Assembly: GCA_003649205.1 (NCBI GenBank)
Contig: QMRC01000001.1
Location: 308,624-372,623, forward strand
DNA length: 64,000 bases
Source of the DNA: Thermoprotei archaeon
GTDB taxonomy: Archaea > Thermoproteota > Thermoprotei > Thermoproteales > B15-G16
Reading direction: 5' to 3'
In this document: in pieces, positions 39,871 to 48,781 of the stretch
Layout of the letters: each line of letters opens with the position of its first letter
Position numbering within the stretch: position 1 is the first letter of the stretch
Position numbers and translations under genes: made by a program
Notes under the pieces: generated by a model
What the model was told of the DNA's origin: nothing
The model's input: only the letters and a program-made list of their open reading frames with translations
Databases searched by the model: none

Positions 39871-40281
39871 TTACCCACTTCTCACAAGCTCGATTAGGTC
39901 TACTATCTCTAGCTCCTTGAACTTTGACACCTCCTCCGATAGCTTCTTTCTAACATCTTCACTAATTTCCCTGCTTACTTCCTCACACAGTTTAGCTCCT
40001 TTCTGTGTCACTCTATACACCTTATCGTAGAGTTCATGATACTTCCTACTTAGGACCAGTACTTCCTCCACAAGACCTAACTCAATTAGTTGCTTTAGGT
40101 CTCTATGTAGTTCTGGTGAGTACACTGCTTCTCCTGTATCGAGAAATCTGTAGCCTAGGTCTATTCCTCTCTTTGCGAGTAAGAGGGTTAGTAGGTGTAG
40201 TCGATATAGGTTCTCTATTTCCTTAGCTACCGATATTAAGTAGAGTAAGAGCTTTTGTCTCTGTGATAGTTGGGTACTCAT
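39871..40281 (-). CDS. YwgA/DUF4065-like winged-helix protein
   Basis: LGYRF...VYSPELHRDL..L...GLV...YRVT.KG. Confidence 0.55.
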   Translation of the reverse strand: MSTQLSQRQKLLLYLISVAKEIENLYRLHLLTLLLAKRGIDLGYRFLDTGEAVYSPELHRDLKQLIELGLVEEVLVLSRKYHELYDKVYRVTQKGAKLCEEVSREISEDVRKKLSEEVSKFKELEIVDLIELVRSG

Positions 40282-40341
40282 GGTTTCCCGGAGGGGAGTT
40301 TAAGCTATTTTGAGTATATATACTTCGTGGTGGTTCTGCAC

Positions 40342-40596
40342 ATGACTGAGCTTTGTGAGCTGTGTGAGGAGCTCCCTAGTGAGTACACATGTCGTATATG
40401 TGGTAGATTGGTTTGTAGGTTGGATTACGTTCTCAATGAGGGAATTTGTGTAGTTTGTAAGTCTGCTCTCTGTGAGGTATGTGGTAGGGAGTTGAGTGTT
40501 GCTGTGTGTAAGATGTGTGGTCGCTTGGTTTGTGAACTATGTTCTGTTGAAGATGGTCCAGCTAGGATCTGTAAACTGTGTATTAGCGGGAGGTGA
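40342..40596 (+). CDS. Cys-rich zinc-finger protein
   Basis: Repeated CxxC pairs; ATG at 40342 preferred to the track start; stop overlaps xpf start. Confidence 0.75.
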   Translation: MTELCELCEELPSEYTCRICGRLVCRLDYVLNEGICVVCKSALCEVCGRELSVAVCKMCGRLVCELCSVEDGPARICKLCISGR

Positions 40597-41318
40597 CTTC
40601 AATGAGTAAGGTAATTATTGTAATTGATTCGAAGGAATATGCTAAGGCTAGTGATATAGCTGCTGCTTTGAGGAGGAATTTTGGTTGTGTTGTCGTTGTT
40701 CGTGATCTAGAGGTTGGTGACTACGTTCTATCTGAGAGGTGTGCTGTTGAGAGAAAGACTTGGGCTGACTTCATAAATTCGATCAAGGATGGTAGAGTGT
40801 TTGATCAAGCTAAGAGACTTCGTGATGCGTACAAGATACCGATACTGGTTGTTGAGGGATCACTTAGGTATGCTCTGAAGTTCACTGAGATGCACATTAA
40901 CTCAATCTACGGTGCTCTAGCTACGTTAGCTAGGATGGGGATCTCCGTCATACCTAGTAGTAGTAAGGAGGATACTGCGAGGATACTGTATGTATTAGCT
41001 AGACAGGAACAAGGTGAGGAGAAGAGAAGAGTTACTGTGAGAACAGCTAAGAAGAGTACGACGATTGAAGAGCTTCAGGTAGCTTTACTAGCTACTTTAC
41101 CAGGTATTGGAGAAGCTAGAGCTAGGGAACTGCTCAAGAGATTTGGCTCACCTATGAATGCATTTAAGAATGTTAGGTTGTGGGATAAGGTAGTTAAGGG
41201 TTTAAGTCTTGAGGATTTGAGGAAGATTGAGAAAGTTCTGTATGGTGAGGAGGAACAGGGAGCTACTCAAGGTTCACTACTTGAGTATGTTGAGGGTAGT
41301 GATTCTGGTACTCGATAG
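40593..41318 (+). CDS. xpf: Crenarchaeal short XPF/ERCC4 flap endonuclease
   Basis: GDY, VERKT..D, HhH LPGIG, C-terminal PIP-like QGSLLEY. Confidence 0.9.
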   Translation: MTSMSKVIIVIDSKEYAKASDIAAALRRNFGCVVVVRDLEVGDYVLSERCAVERKTWADFINSIKDGRVFDQAKRLRDAYKIPILVVEGSLRYALKFTEMHINSIYGALATLARMGISVIPSSSKEDTARILYVLARQEQGEEKRRVTVRTAKKSTTIEELQVALLATLPGIGEARARELLKRFGSPMNAFKNVRLWDKVVKGLSLEDLRKIEKVLYGEEEQGATQGSLLEYVEGSDSGTR

Positions 41319-41770
41319 AGGTATATTCTGTGTCTTCTCAGTGGACTAGTTACCTCAATTACCTCTACTGGCTTCCACTTAGGTAGTGGGAAGTCATGTG
41401 CTACAACTCTTGAACCTTCCCTCAGCTCTCTAGCTAACTTCTCGCTCAGGATCTCCAGCATCGACGGTAGTAGGTAGAGCGTAACCACATCAGCTATCCC
41501 ATAGTTGAAGTCAAACAGATCTCCATGAATAACGTATACCTTCCCAACTAGACCTTTCTCGAGAATTCTGTGAAGACACCTAGCAACTAAATCCCCACGA
41601 ATCTCTATTCCTATGGCTATTGCGTTGAAGATCTCACTAGCTACAAAGAGTATATTCCCCTCACCACAACCAGGATCAACAACATATTCTCCACTACGCA
41701 CCTTAGCTAGCTTTAGCATCTCCACAGCAACAATCCTGGGGGTGGGTACGAATGGAGCGATAACTTTCAT
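41267..41770 (-). CDS. SAM-dependent methyltransferase (aKMT protein-lysine MTase-like)
   Basis: PFVPTP, DPGCGEG, ADVVTLYL, RVVAHDF. Confidence 0.85.
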   Translation of the reverse strand: MKVIAPFVPTPRIVAVEMLKLAKVRSGEYVVDPGCGEGNILFVASEIFNAIAIGIEIRGDLVARCLHRILEKGLVGKVYVIHGDLFDFNYGIADVVTLYLLPSMLEILSEKLARELREGSRVVAHDFPLPKWKPVEVIEVTSPLRRHRIYLYRVPESLPSTYSSSEP

Positions 41771-41842
41771 CCGCTACATCCTGTGAGCGGTAAACTTATA
41801 TACTTCACATCATAGCAAGGAGAGGTAAGCGGTGAGGATGCG

Positions 41843-42247
41843 ATGAGCGAAGATAGTGTTGTCGTAGGTAAGCACGTGTATGGAAACCTCTATGAATGCG
41901 ATGAGGCTGTGCTGGATGATGAGGAGTACTTGAGAAAGGTAGTTGTAGAGGCTGCTAAAGTAGCTAATGCAACACTCGTAGACCTCAAGTCATGGAAGTT
42001 TAGTGGAGAGAAAGGTGGTGTCAGTGTCTTAGCTTTAGTCGTTGAGAGCCACATAGCGATACACACATGGCCTAGGTACAGATACGCAACGGTCGACGTC
42101 TACACCTGCGGTGCTAGGAGCGATCCAGAGAAGGCATTTAACTACATAGTTGAGAAGTTGAGACCAAAGTACTACACGAAGCATTATGTAGATAGATCAA
42201 GTACCAGTCTTCATGCTAGTGCTCAGTATACCCTTCTCAATAAGTAA
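41843..42247 (+). CDS. speD: S-adenosylmethionine/arginine decarboxylase proenzyme
   Basis: [20 protein letters not shown]. Confidence 0.88.
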   Translation: MSEDSVVVGKHVYGNLYECDEAVLDDEEYLRKVVVEAAKVANATLVDLKSWKFSGEKGGVSVLALVVESHIAIHTWPRYRYATVDVYTCGARSDPEKAFNYIVEKLRPKYYTKHYVDRSSTSLHASAQYTLLNK

Positions 42248-42841
42248 CCTAAGTGCTTTTCGCAATACCTTCCTAATAATCCACCTCCTGTTTAAGCTAC
42301 CAAACTTCTCTATAGCTAACTTCCGTATACTCTTCTTAGCTAGTAGTTCACGAAGTAAGCTCTTCTCTTCATCAGTAAGCTCAATGTCGTACCTAAGCGC
42401 TATCCTAGCTATATCTAGTGGATTAAGACCGCAGTACACATCATAGTCACTCACATTATCGAACCTCTGAACTAGCTCGAACTCTATGATTGTCACATAG
42501 TCGCCATACTTCAGGTCAGGGTATGTCTTCTTCAACTCCCTAATGAGCTCTTGCTTATTCGAGAATCCATCTTTCTGAGCATCTTCATCAGTTAAGTCCT
42601 TAACCTTCTTGTACGTGACTCGCTTAATGATTGCTTTACCAATGACCTTACCAGCACTATGTATGATAACCTCCTGGAACTTAGGCCTCACGATACCGTA
42701 CCTAATAGTTGTTACCTTCTTACCTGAGAGAATTAGGTCTAGGTACTTACCCTGAATCATTAGGTGACGACCTATGTAAGTCACTTTCTGTCTACTAACT
42801 GAGTCCTTCCTTCCGCGTTCACTAGTACCCACTTCACTCAC
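42197..42841 (-). CDS. ASCH-domain protein with C-terminal helical/HTH extension
   Basis: [24 protein letters not shown]. Confidence 0.85.
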   Translation of the reverse strand: MSEVGTSERGRKDSVSRQKVTYIGRHLMIQGKYLDLILSGKKVTTIRYGIVRPKFQEVIIHSAGKVIGKAIIKRVTYKKVKDLTDEDAQKDGFSNKQELIRELKKTYPDLKYGDYVTIIEFELVQRFDNVSDYDVYCGLNPLDIARIALRYDIELTDEEKSLLRELLAKKSIRKLAIEKFGSLNRRWIIRKVLRKALRLLIEKGILSTSMKTGT

Positions 42842-43022
42842 CTACACTACTCTGCTTAGTTAGGTGAATTACCTTGTTGTACAGCAGACAACGAGTATAC
42901 CCTACCTCACACATCCTTGTACCGTACTTACTACTCCATACCCTAAACTCTTCGGGACTCATCAATACACATCTCCTACCTTCAGCAGTTTCACAGTAGA
43001 AAGGACATGGCATAGTAGTCAC
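42834..43022 (-). CDS. Small Cys-containing protein
   Basis: CPF...C...C...C; overlaps the ASCH gene start. Confidence 0.6.
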   Translation of the reverse strand: MTTMPCPFYCETAEGRRCVLMSPEEFRVWSSKYGTRMCEVGYTRCLLYNKVIHLTKQSSVGE

Positions 43023-43043
43023 CTTGTGAGGTGAGAACTACAA

Positions 43044-43295
43044 CTATATGCTCCCTATAACCGTAACTCCTTTACTCGCTAAAAACTTGATTAATTTCTT
43101 CAAAACGCTACGGGACTTAGACTTGATAAATACCTCTCCACCAACTTCCTCAATAACGATATTTGGAGGTGCGAACCGATCACGGACATATCTCTCAAAT
43201 ACATCTCTGGTAGTAACCGCAACGTAGTAACCTTGTGGATCCTTCTTAGGACCTACCTTCACGTACATTATGTAGCTACTGATGGGAGAAGTCAT
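43044..43295 (-). CDS. Small hypothetical protein
   Basis: 83 aa, first gene of a putative operon. Confidence 0.6.
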   Translation of the reverse strand: MTSPISSYIMYVKVGPKKDPQGYYVAVTTRDVFERYVRDRFAPPNIVIEEVGGEVFIKSKSRSVLKKLIKFLASKGVTVIGSI

Positions 43296-43327
43296 TATAA
43301 TCGTTACCTATTAACCCGTTAGCATAG

Positions 43328-43696
43328 GTGTCATGTGTGACGAGTTACAAGCAGGTTATCGTTGTGAGAACAGACATAGAGATGAGTAGAGGTAAGCTCG
43401 CTGCACAGGTAGCTCATGCAGCTGTGTCATCGCTTGAAGAAGCTAGGAGAATGAGACCTGAGTGGGTTCAGGAGTGGTTTAGAGAGGGACAGAAAAAGGT
43501 TGTTCTTCAGGTAAGTAGTCTTGAGGAACTTCTTGAGCTGTATAAGAGAGCTCGAGAACTTGGTTTACCAGCATCTCTGATCGAGGATGCAGGGAGGACA
43601 GAACTACCCCCCGGAACCATTACTTGTCTGGGTATTGGTCCTGCACCTGAAGACTTGGTTAACAGAGTTACTGGTCACCTCAAGTTACTGAAGTAA
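43328..43696 (+). CDS. pth2: Peptidyl-tRNA hydrolase Pth2
   Basis: [30 protein letters not shown]. Confidence 0.95.
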   Translation: MSCVTSYKQVIVVRTDIEMSRGKLAAQVAHAAVSSLEEARRMRPEWVQEWFREGQKKVVLQVSSLEELLELYKRARELGLPASLIEDAGRTELPPGTITCLGIGPAPEDLVNRVTGHLKLLK

Positions 43697-44923
43697 TTCT
43701 CCTCTGGTACATAGAGCTGCGTAGACTTGTGCTGCTTTTACCATAGATTCTATGACAATGTACTCATCTGGTCTGTGTGCAGCTTCTGTAGGACCAGGAC
43801 CGTACGTGAGAGTATCTATACCGGCCTCAATGAAGTACCTCATATCGAGACCACCAATACACAGTGTCTCCTTAGGCTCAACACCAATAGCGTACTTAGC
43901 TACGTTCTTTAGCGCTGTCAGTAGCCTAGATGACTCACTAACTATACATGGCTTCATCTCCTCAAGTATCTTGACCTTAACATCGCACTTAAGCTCCTTA
44001 GCTACCTTCAGCACAAACTCAGTGAACTCATGCTTCACATCATCAATGCTCTCCTCAGGAATTACCCTCCTATCGACAGTGAAGGAACAAGTATCTGGAA
44101 CAACATTCACCTTGACACCACCCCTAACAACACCACCAAACATAGCAGTAGCTCTCCTACCCTCAGGAGGAATAGTCTCAAACCTCGTAACTCTAGACTC
44201 AACCAGTGGTCTATACTCACGGAGGAGTCTATGCACAAGCTCAACCATGCACTCAAAGGCATTCACACCAAGCCAAGGAGTTGAGCCATGAGCTGACTTA
44301 CCAATGACCGTAACCTCAAACCAAACAAGACCCTTATGACCAATCCATACCTGGTTCAGACCAGAGGGCTCAGCAACAATACAGAACCTACTCCTCACCC
44401 TACCAGACTTAACTAAGTAACCAGCACCAGCTCTACCACCAATCTCCTCATCAGGAGTAAACGACAACTCAAAACCAGTATAATCCTCAATACCTGACTC
44501 AAGTAATGCCTTAACAGCACCAACTATAGCAGCAATACCACCCTTCATATCCACAGCACCCCTACCATACACCTTACCGTTCATGACCTTAGGCTTGAAG
44601 GGATCAGTAACAACCCAACCACCTCCAGGAGGAACAACATCGTAGTGACCATTGAAGTGTATGATCGGATCTCTAGAAGACCTAGCATACACTATGTAGC
44701 GTGGATAGTCCCTGTACTCTTCAGGAACGTACTCACGAGGAACCTCAATAACCTCAACACTAAGACCCATATCACGAAGAAGGTCACGAAGGTATGTACA
44801 GCAATCTAGATAGTGCTCACCTGGAGGAACAACAGTAGGTATAGCCACTAGATCACACAGCACCCTAACCATGAAGTCCCTCAAACTACAAACCTTCTCA
44901 AGTAAGACTTCACATCTGGACAT
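43685..44923 (-). CDS. M20 (ArgE/DapE) metallopeptidase
   Basis: [28 protein letters not shown]. Confidence 0.92.
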   Translation of the reverse strand: MSRCEVLLEKVCSLRDFMVRVLCDLVAIPTVVPPGEHYLDCCTYLRDLLRDMGLSVEVIEVPREYVPEEYRDYPRYIVYARSSRDPIIHFNGHYDVVPPGGGWVVTDPFKPKVMNGKVYGRGAVDMKGGIAAIVGAVKALLESGIEDYTGFELSFTPDEEIGGRAGAGYLVKSGRVRSRFCIVAEPSGLNQVWIGHKGLVWFEVTVIGKSAHGSTPWLGVNAFECMVELVHRLLREYRPLVESRVTRFETIPPEGRRATAMFGGVVRGGVKVNVVPDTCSFTVDRRVIPEESIDDVKHEFTEFVLKVAKELKCDVKVKILEEMKPCIVSESSRLLTALKNVAKYAIGVEPKETLCIGGLDMRYFIEAGIDTLTYGPGPTEAAHRPDEYIVIESMVKAAQVYAALCTRGELLQ

Positions 44924-44966
44924 AGGAAAGTTATAGACTACACCTTTTAAAATCAGTCAACAAATA

Positions 44967-45560
44967 GTGAAAACCATGAGTACACTACCTAAACCACAGG
45001 ACGTAGGTAAAACAGTTGTAGAAACTCCAAAACAACTCCTCAGAGTCTACTTCCCGAAAATAACCGTATTAATAACAACAATCAGTCGCGAAGGAAGAGT
45101 AAACATCATGACCGCTGCATGGCATACCCCTATATCACTATCACCACCCATCTACGGGGTATCGATATCACTAAAGAGATACACCTACGAACTACTGAAG
45201 GAAGTACCTGAATTCGTAGTAAACTTCCCAACAATAGACATTCTAGAGAAGGTAAACCTAGCAGGTACCGTAAGTGGTAGAGAAGTAGATAAGCTCAAGG
45301 AACTAGGACTAACACCTGTACAAGCAGTAAGGGTGAAACCACCTCTCATAAGGGAGTGCTATGCACATCTAGAGTGTAGAGTAATAGACATGAAGGAATA
45401 CGGTGATCACGTATGGGTTGTTGGCGAGGTAGTAGCTATTGAGTACGAGGAGAGGTGCTTTACACAGGAACTACTCGTAGACATAGCTAAGGTAAAACCT
45501 GTGCTATATCTAGGTAAAGGCAAGTACACTACAACTGAAAACAAGGTCTACACTCCATAG
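44967..45560 (+). CDS. Flavin reductase-like protein
   Basis: NIMTAAW, GTVSGR.VDK, LEC, GDH. Confidence 0.88.
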   Translation: MKTMSTLPKPQDVGKTVVETPKQLLRVYFPKITVLITTISREGRVNIMTAAWHTPISLSPPIYGVSISLKRYTYELLKEVPEFVVNFPTIDILEKVNLAGTVSGREVDKLKELGLTPVQAVRVKPPLIRECYAHLECRVIDMKEYGDHVWVVGEVVAIEYEERCFTQELLVDIAKVKPVLYLGKGKYTTTENKVYTP

Positions 45561-45691
45561 CAATACCTACATAGTGTCAGTAGGTATTAGTTACTAGGTC
45601 TGCAAACTATATATAGATTTGTAGTAGTAATGCTTTTAAAATCGAAGCATACATATCAAAACGGATACTAGATCGCTCTGGTGACGTACTT

Positions 45692-46789
45692 ATGGCAGAT
45701 GTAAAACTTGATCATGTAACCAAGATATTTGGTGGTAGAGTCGTAGCTGTAGACAACATAACACTTCACATAAGGGATGGTGAGTTCTTCGTCCTCTTAG
45801 GGCCTTCAGGATGTGGAAAGACAACAACATTAAGGATAATCGCCGGTCTAGAGAAGCCAACAGCAGGTAGAGTCTACATAGGTGGAGTAGATGTAACAGA
45901 CCTACCACCAAAGGATAGAGATGTAGCAATGGTCTTTCAGAGCTATGCACTGTACCCACACATGACAGTTTACGACAACATAGCATTCCCGCTCAAGATC
46001 AGGAAGATGCCAAAGCACGAGATAGATAGGAGGGTTAGAGAAGTCGCCAGAATGCTCTACATAGAGGATCTACTAGATAGAAAACCAGCACAACTATCCG
46101 GTGGTCAGCAGCAGAGAGTAGCACTAGCAAGAGCACTGGTAAGACAACCCAAGGTATTCCTCTTCGATGAGCCACTGAGCAACCTAGACGCCAAGCTAAG
46201 GATAGAGGCAAGAGCATTCCTCAAGAGACTTCAGAAAGAATTGAAGATCACGACAGTATACGTAACACACGATCAAGCAGAAGCAATGACCATGGCGGAT
46301 AGGATAGCTGTCATGAACGCCGGTAAGGTAATTCAGGTAGGTACACCAGACGACATCTACTGGAAACCAACACACGTCTTCGTAGCAGGATTCATAGGAG
46401 CACCATCAATGAACTTAGTCGACGTAAGCTACGTAGAGAAGGAGGACAAGGTATACCTACAGGGACCTGGCTTCGAACTAGACATAACACCACTAGCATC
46501 AGTTGTGAGACCAAGACTAAAGCACACGGAGCTAATCATGGGTGTTAGACCAGAACACCTAGAAATTGTCGATAGACCAGTAGATCCACACTGTGTACCT
46601 GGTGAAGTCTACGTAATAGAGCCACTAGGAGCAGAGACCATAGTGAACGTAAGAGTGGGGGACTCCATATTTAAGGTGAGAGTGCTAGGAGCAGTAAAGT
46701 ACAACGTAGGAGACAAGGTGTACCTACACTTCGACCTAAACAGGGTCTACATCTTTGACAGAAAGACAGGTGAGGCAATAATTATCTAA
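45692..46789 (+). CDS. Sugar ABC transporter ATP-binding subunit (MalK-like), no adjacent permeases
   Basis: GPSGCGKT, LSGGQQQR, DEPLSNLD, TOBE domain. Confidence 0.93.
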   Translation: MADVKLDHVTKIFGGRVVAVDNITLHIRDGEFFVLLGPSGCGKTTTLRIIAGLEKPTAGRVYIGGVDVTDLPPKDRDVAMVFQSYALYPHMTVYDNIAFPLKIRKMPKHEIDRRVREVARMLYIEDLLDRKPAQLSGGQQQRVALARALVRQPKVFLFDEPLSNLDAKLRIEARAFLKRLQKELKITTVYVTHDQAEAMTMADRIAVMNAGKVIQVGTPDDIYWKPTHVFVAGFIGAPSMNLVDVSYVEKEDKVYLQGPGFELDITPLASVVRPRLKHTELIMGVRPEHLEIVDRPVDPHCVPGEVYVIEPLGAETIVNVRVGDSIFKVRVLGAVKYNVGDKVYLHFDLNRVYIFDRKTGEAIII

Positions 46790-46889
46790 AAATCAATCCC
46801 CAACATTTCCTAGTTCCTACCCAACAACAAACATTACAACACTAGGGTAAAGTACAAAAGTCCCCAAACTAAATCACTAGCACTACAGT

Positions 46890-47321
46890 ATGTGTAGCCT
46901 CAAGATCACGTACGAAAATCTACCATCAATGATGGAGTTGCTCAGAAACCTCAACGTAAGACCAATTAGGACAATAGGCTCAGTAACCATACTAACAACC
47001 GTAGGTACACCAGAGCGTAGACTGTACGTGATAGGTAAGGTCAAGTGTCCCTACTGTCGTGAGCACATAGACCTCTACGTCGTAAAACACGATACAGTGA
47101 GCGGACCTAGAATCGTGCAATGTGATGGGGAATTCAAGACCCACATGGAGACTAAGCACCCAGAATTCAGTAAGGAGTGGATAGCTTGTAGGGTAGAGTC
47201 CTATAGCAGGAGCTCATTCCACAAGGTAACTAGGTACTACTGTCAGAGATGTGGATACAGATCAAGAAGGTACGCAGATACACTGATACACATAATTCAG
47301 GAACACGGATTTGGAACATAG
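46890..47321 (+). CDS. C2H2-type zinc-finger protein
   Basis: CPYC...HMETKH and YYCQRCGYRSRRYADTLIHIIQEH (C-x2-C-x12-H-x4-H). Confidence 0.7.
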   Translation: MCSLKITYENLPSMMELLRNLNVRPIRTIGSVTILTTVGTPERRLYVIGKVKCPYCREHIDLYVVKHDTVSGPRIVQCDGEFKTHMETKHPEFSKEWIACRVESYSRSSFHKVTRYYCQRCGYRSRRYADTLIHIIQEHGFGT

Positions 47322-47363
47322 TGCTACCCATTTTTAGTACCTCACAGAAGAACTAAACCGTGG

Positions 47364-47414
47364 GTGATGAAGGCGCAGTCACGAGATCGATGACGTAAAT
47401 GGGTTTCCCACTGA
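47364..47414 (+). ncRNA. Box C/D guide sRNA
   Basis: GTGATGA-aggcgcagtcac-GAGA-tcg-ATGACGT-aaatgggtttccca-CTGA. Confidence 0.7.
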
Positions 47415-47428
47415 CACTCAAGTTAAAC

Positions 47429-47477
47429 GTGATGAGTGGTCCCGCACCTGAGACATGATGATTGCCGAGTTCCCTGA
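47429..47477 (+). ncRNA. Box C/D guide sRNA targeting 23S rRNA
   Basis: GTGATGA-gtggtcccgcac-CTGA-gac-ATGATGA-ttgccgagttcc-CTGA; D guide complementary to conserved 23S GGAACUCGGCAA. Confidence 0.92.
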
Positions 47478-47525
47478 CCTTTTGACTAATGGAAAAGAGA
47501 ATAAGCTAGGTGAATAAGGGAGCAA

Positions 47526-47535
47526 GATTTATTTT
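47526..47535 (+). promoter_or_regulatory. Putative TATA box for the BHB-closed RNA
   Basis: GATTTATTTT about 25-30 nt upstream of G47559, preceded by a purine-rich tract. Confidence 0.45.
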
Positions 47536-47558
47536 CTAGTCAAACAACTAATAAACTC

Positions 47559-47708
47559 GGGGCCGGTACACGAAGCCCGTGGGCAGAGCCTGCGGGTTTC
47601 ACTAGAACCCGCAGGGGACCACGGAAGTAAGTGTTTCTTCCCGCTGCTACAGAAGCACCATGGTTCTGGCCGTCCGATGTAAGCCCACGGGCGTGAGTTA
47701 CCGGCCCT
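47559..47708 (+). ncRNA. Unclassified structured RNA closed by a canonical bulge-helix-bulge; predicted circular-RNA precursor
   Basis: Stem GGGCCGGUA/UACCGGCCC; 4-bp helix CACG/CGUG; 3-nt bulges AAG and AGU; stem CCCGUGGGC/GCCCACGGG; internal 10-bp hairpin CCUGCGGGUU/AACCCGCAGG. Confidence 0.75.
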
Positions 47709-47727
47709 ACTACTCTCTTTCTCCTCG

Positions 47728-47777
47728 ATGATGATGCCTCGCTTCAGTTGAGTTGTGATGAGGGGAGCGATTACTGA
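47728..47777 (+). ncRNA. Box C/D guide sRNA
   Basis: ATGATGA-tgcctcgcttcag-TTGA-gtt-GTGATGA-ggggagcgatta-CTGA. Confidence 0.85.
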
Positions 47778-47841
47778 TCTCTACCTCACTTGGTGGGGGT
47801 AAATATCCTCTGTTTGCGAGTTGCGCTCTCCATCGTGACAA

Positions 47842-47891
47842 TGTATTATTCTGTGCGGTTTAAGGTCGGTTAAACCGTGTGGGATAATACA
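47842..47891 (+). repeat. 22-bp imperfect inverted repeat with 6-bp spacer
   Basis: tgtattattctgtgcggtttaa-ggtcgg-ttaaaccgtgtgggataataca. Confidence 0.85.
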
Positions 47892-47982
47892 CCATCATCG
47901 TGTCTAGTCATTGCTAGTAGTTAGCTCTATTCCCTCAGTTTTTAACTCCGTTCTCGCTATACAAGAGTGAGGTGTTGCGAAT

Positions 47983-48225
47983 TTGTGTAGTTCAGAAGGT
48001 GTTAAGGTTAGGTGTGCTGTTGGTTATCTGTACGTAGTTCCGTATGTAGGTGATAGGTACCTCCTTCTTCCTGAGAAGATCCCTGAAGAAGTACATCGTG
48101 ATTTCAGGAAGTACATGGAACTCATTCATCGATATGAGTTTAGTGAGCGAGCGAAGTCCCTCGACGCTCTTCTAGATGGTCTTGAGGGTAAACTTGTGAG
48201 GATAACCGTTGAGGTACTTGAGTAG
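47983..48225 (+). CDS. Small hypothetical protein
   Basis: GAGGTG RBS and TTTTTAA box upstream; 80 aa. Confidence 0.6.
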   Translation: MCSSEGVKVRCAVGYLYVVPYVGDRYLLLPEKIPEEVHRDFRKYMELIHRYEFSERAKSLDALLDGLEGKLVRITVEVLE

Positions 48226-48233
48226 CATTAGAT

Positions 48234-48767
48234 CTACTGCGTCTTCAGTGCTATGCTGTGAACTACTACGTATCTCCCCATTGCTGTATCCGCTATGTGT
48301 ACATGCTTCACTACCTGCTCCACCTCTATCCTCGATGTCTGCTTCACGATCTTCTCAAGTAACTTCACTAGCTCTACTGTTGGTTTAGCTCTTATCCTCG
48401 CGTATGTGCTGTGTGGTGAGAACTCTCCTAGGTACCTATCTTCAGGTTGAATTCCGTACCTCCTCAATACCTCTATCGCTATCGTTCTGATCCTACTTAG
48501 CTTCTCGATACCCTCCACTACTGGTGCTGCTAATGCTCTTGGTTTAGCTGGTGATGGATATAGTCTACTGCCTCTGAAAACTATTCTGAACGGCGGTACC
48601 GTACCTATTTTCTCACTGAGTTCTCTCAGTACTTCACTACTCAATTTGCGGTCACCTATGTAGAGTATGGTTACGTGGTGCTTCTCTACTGGTTCTGGTT
48701 CCAGTGGTGGTTCTACGTACTTTAGGTATGGTCCTAGGTTGACCTTGATAGCTACTATGTACGGCAA
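48234..48767 (-). CDS. thpR: RNA 2',3'-cyclic phosphodiesterase (2H family, ThpR/LigT)
   Basis: Two HxT motifs: HVTI and FSPHSTYAR. Confidence 0.85.
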   Translation of the reverse strand: MPYIVAIKVNLGPYLKYVEPPLEPEPVEKHHVTILYIGDRKLSSEVLRELSEKIGTVPPFRIVFRGSRLYPSPAKPRALAAPVVEGIEKLSRIRTIAIEVLRRYGIQPEDRYLGEFSPHSTYARIRAKPTVELVKLLEKIVKQTSRIEVEQVVKHVHIADTAMGRYVVVHSIALKTQ

Positions 48768-48781
48768 TTCACCACCTTACG

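Noticed and set aside
47559-47708. tRNA, permuted tRNA, 5S rRNA, SRP RNA, RNase P RNA, hairpin ribozyme or MITE
   Set aside because: GGGCCGG/CCGGCCC mimics an acceptor stem but there are no D or T arms. GAACCCG and GGAAGU-AAG are not contiguous as in 5S. No SRP helix 8 or RNase P P4. Minus-strand AGAAACA lacks the partner loop-B strand. No target-site duplication or second copy.
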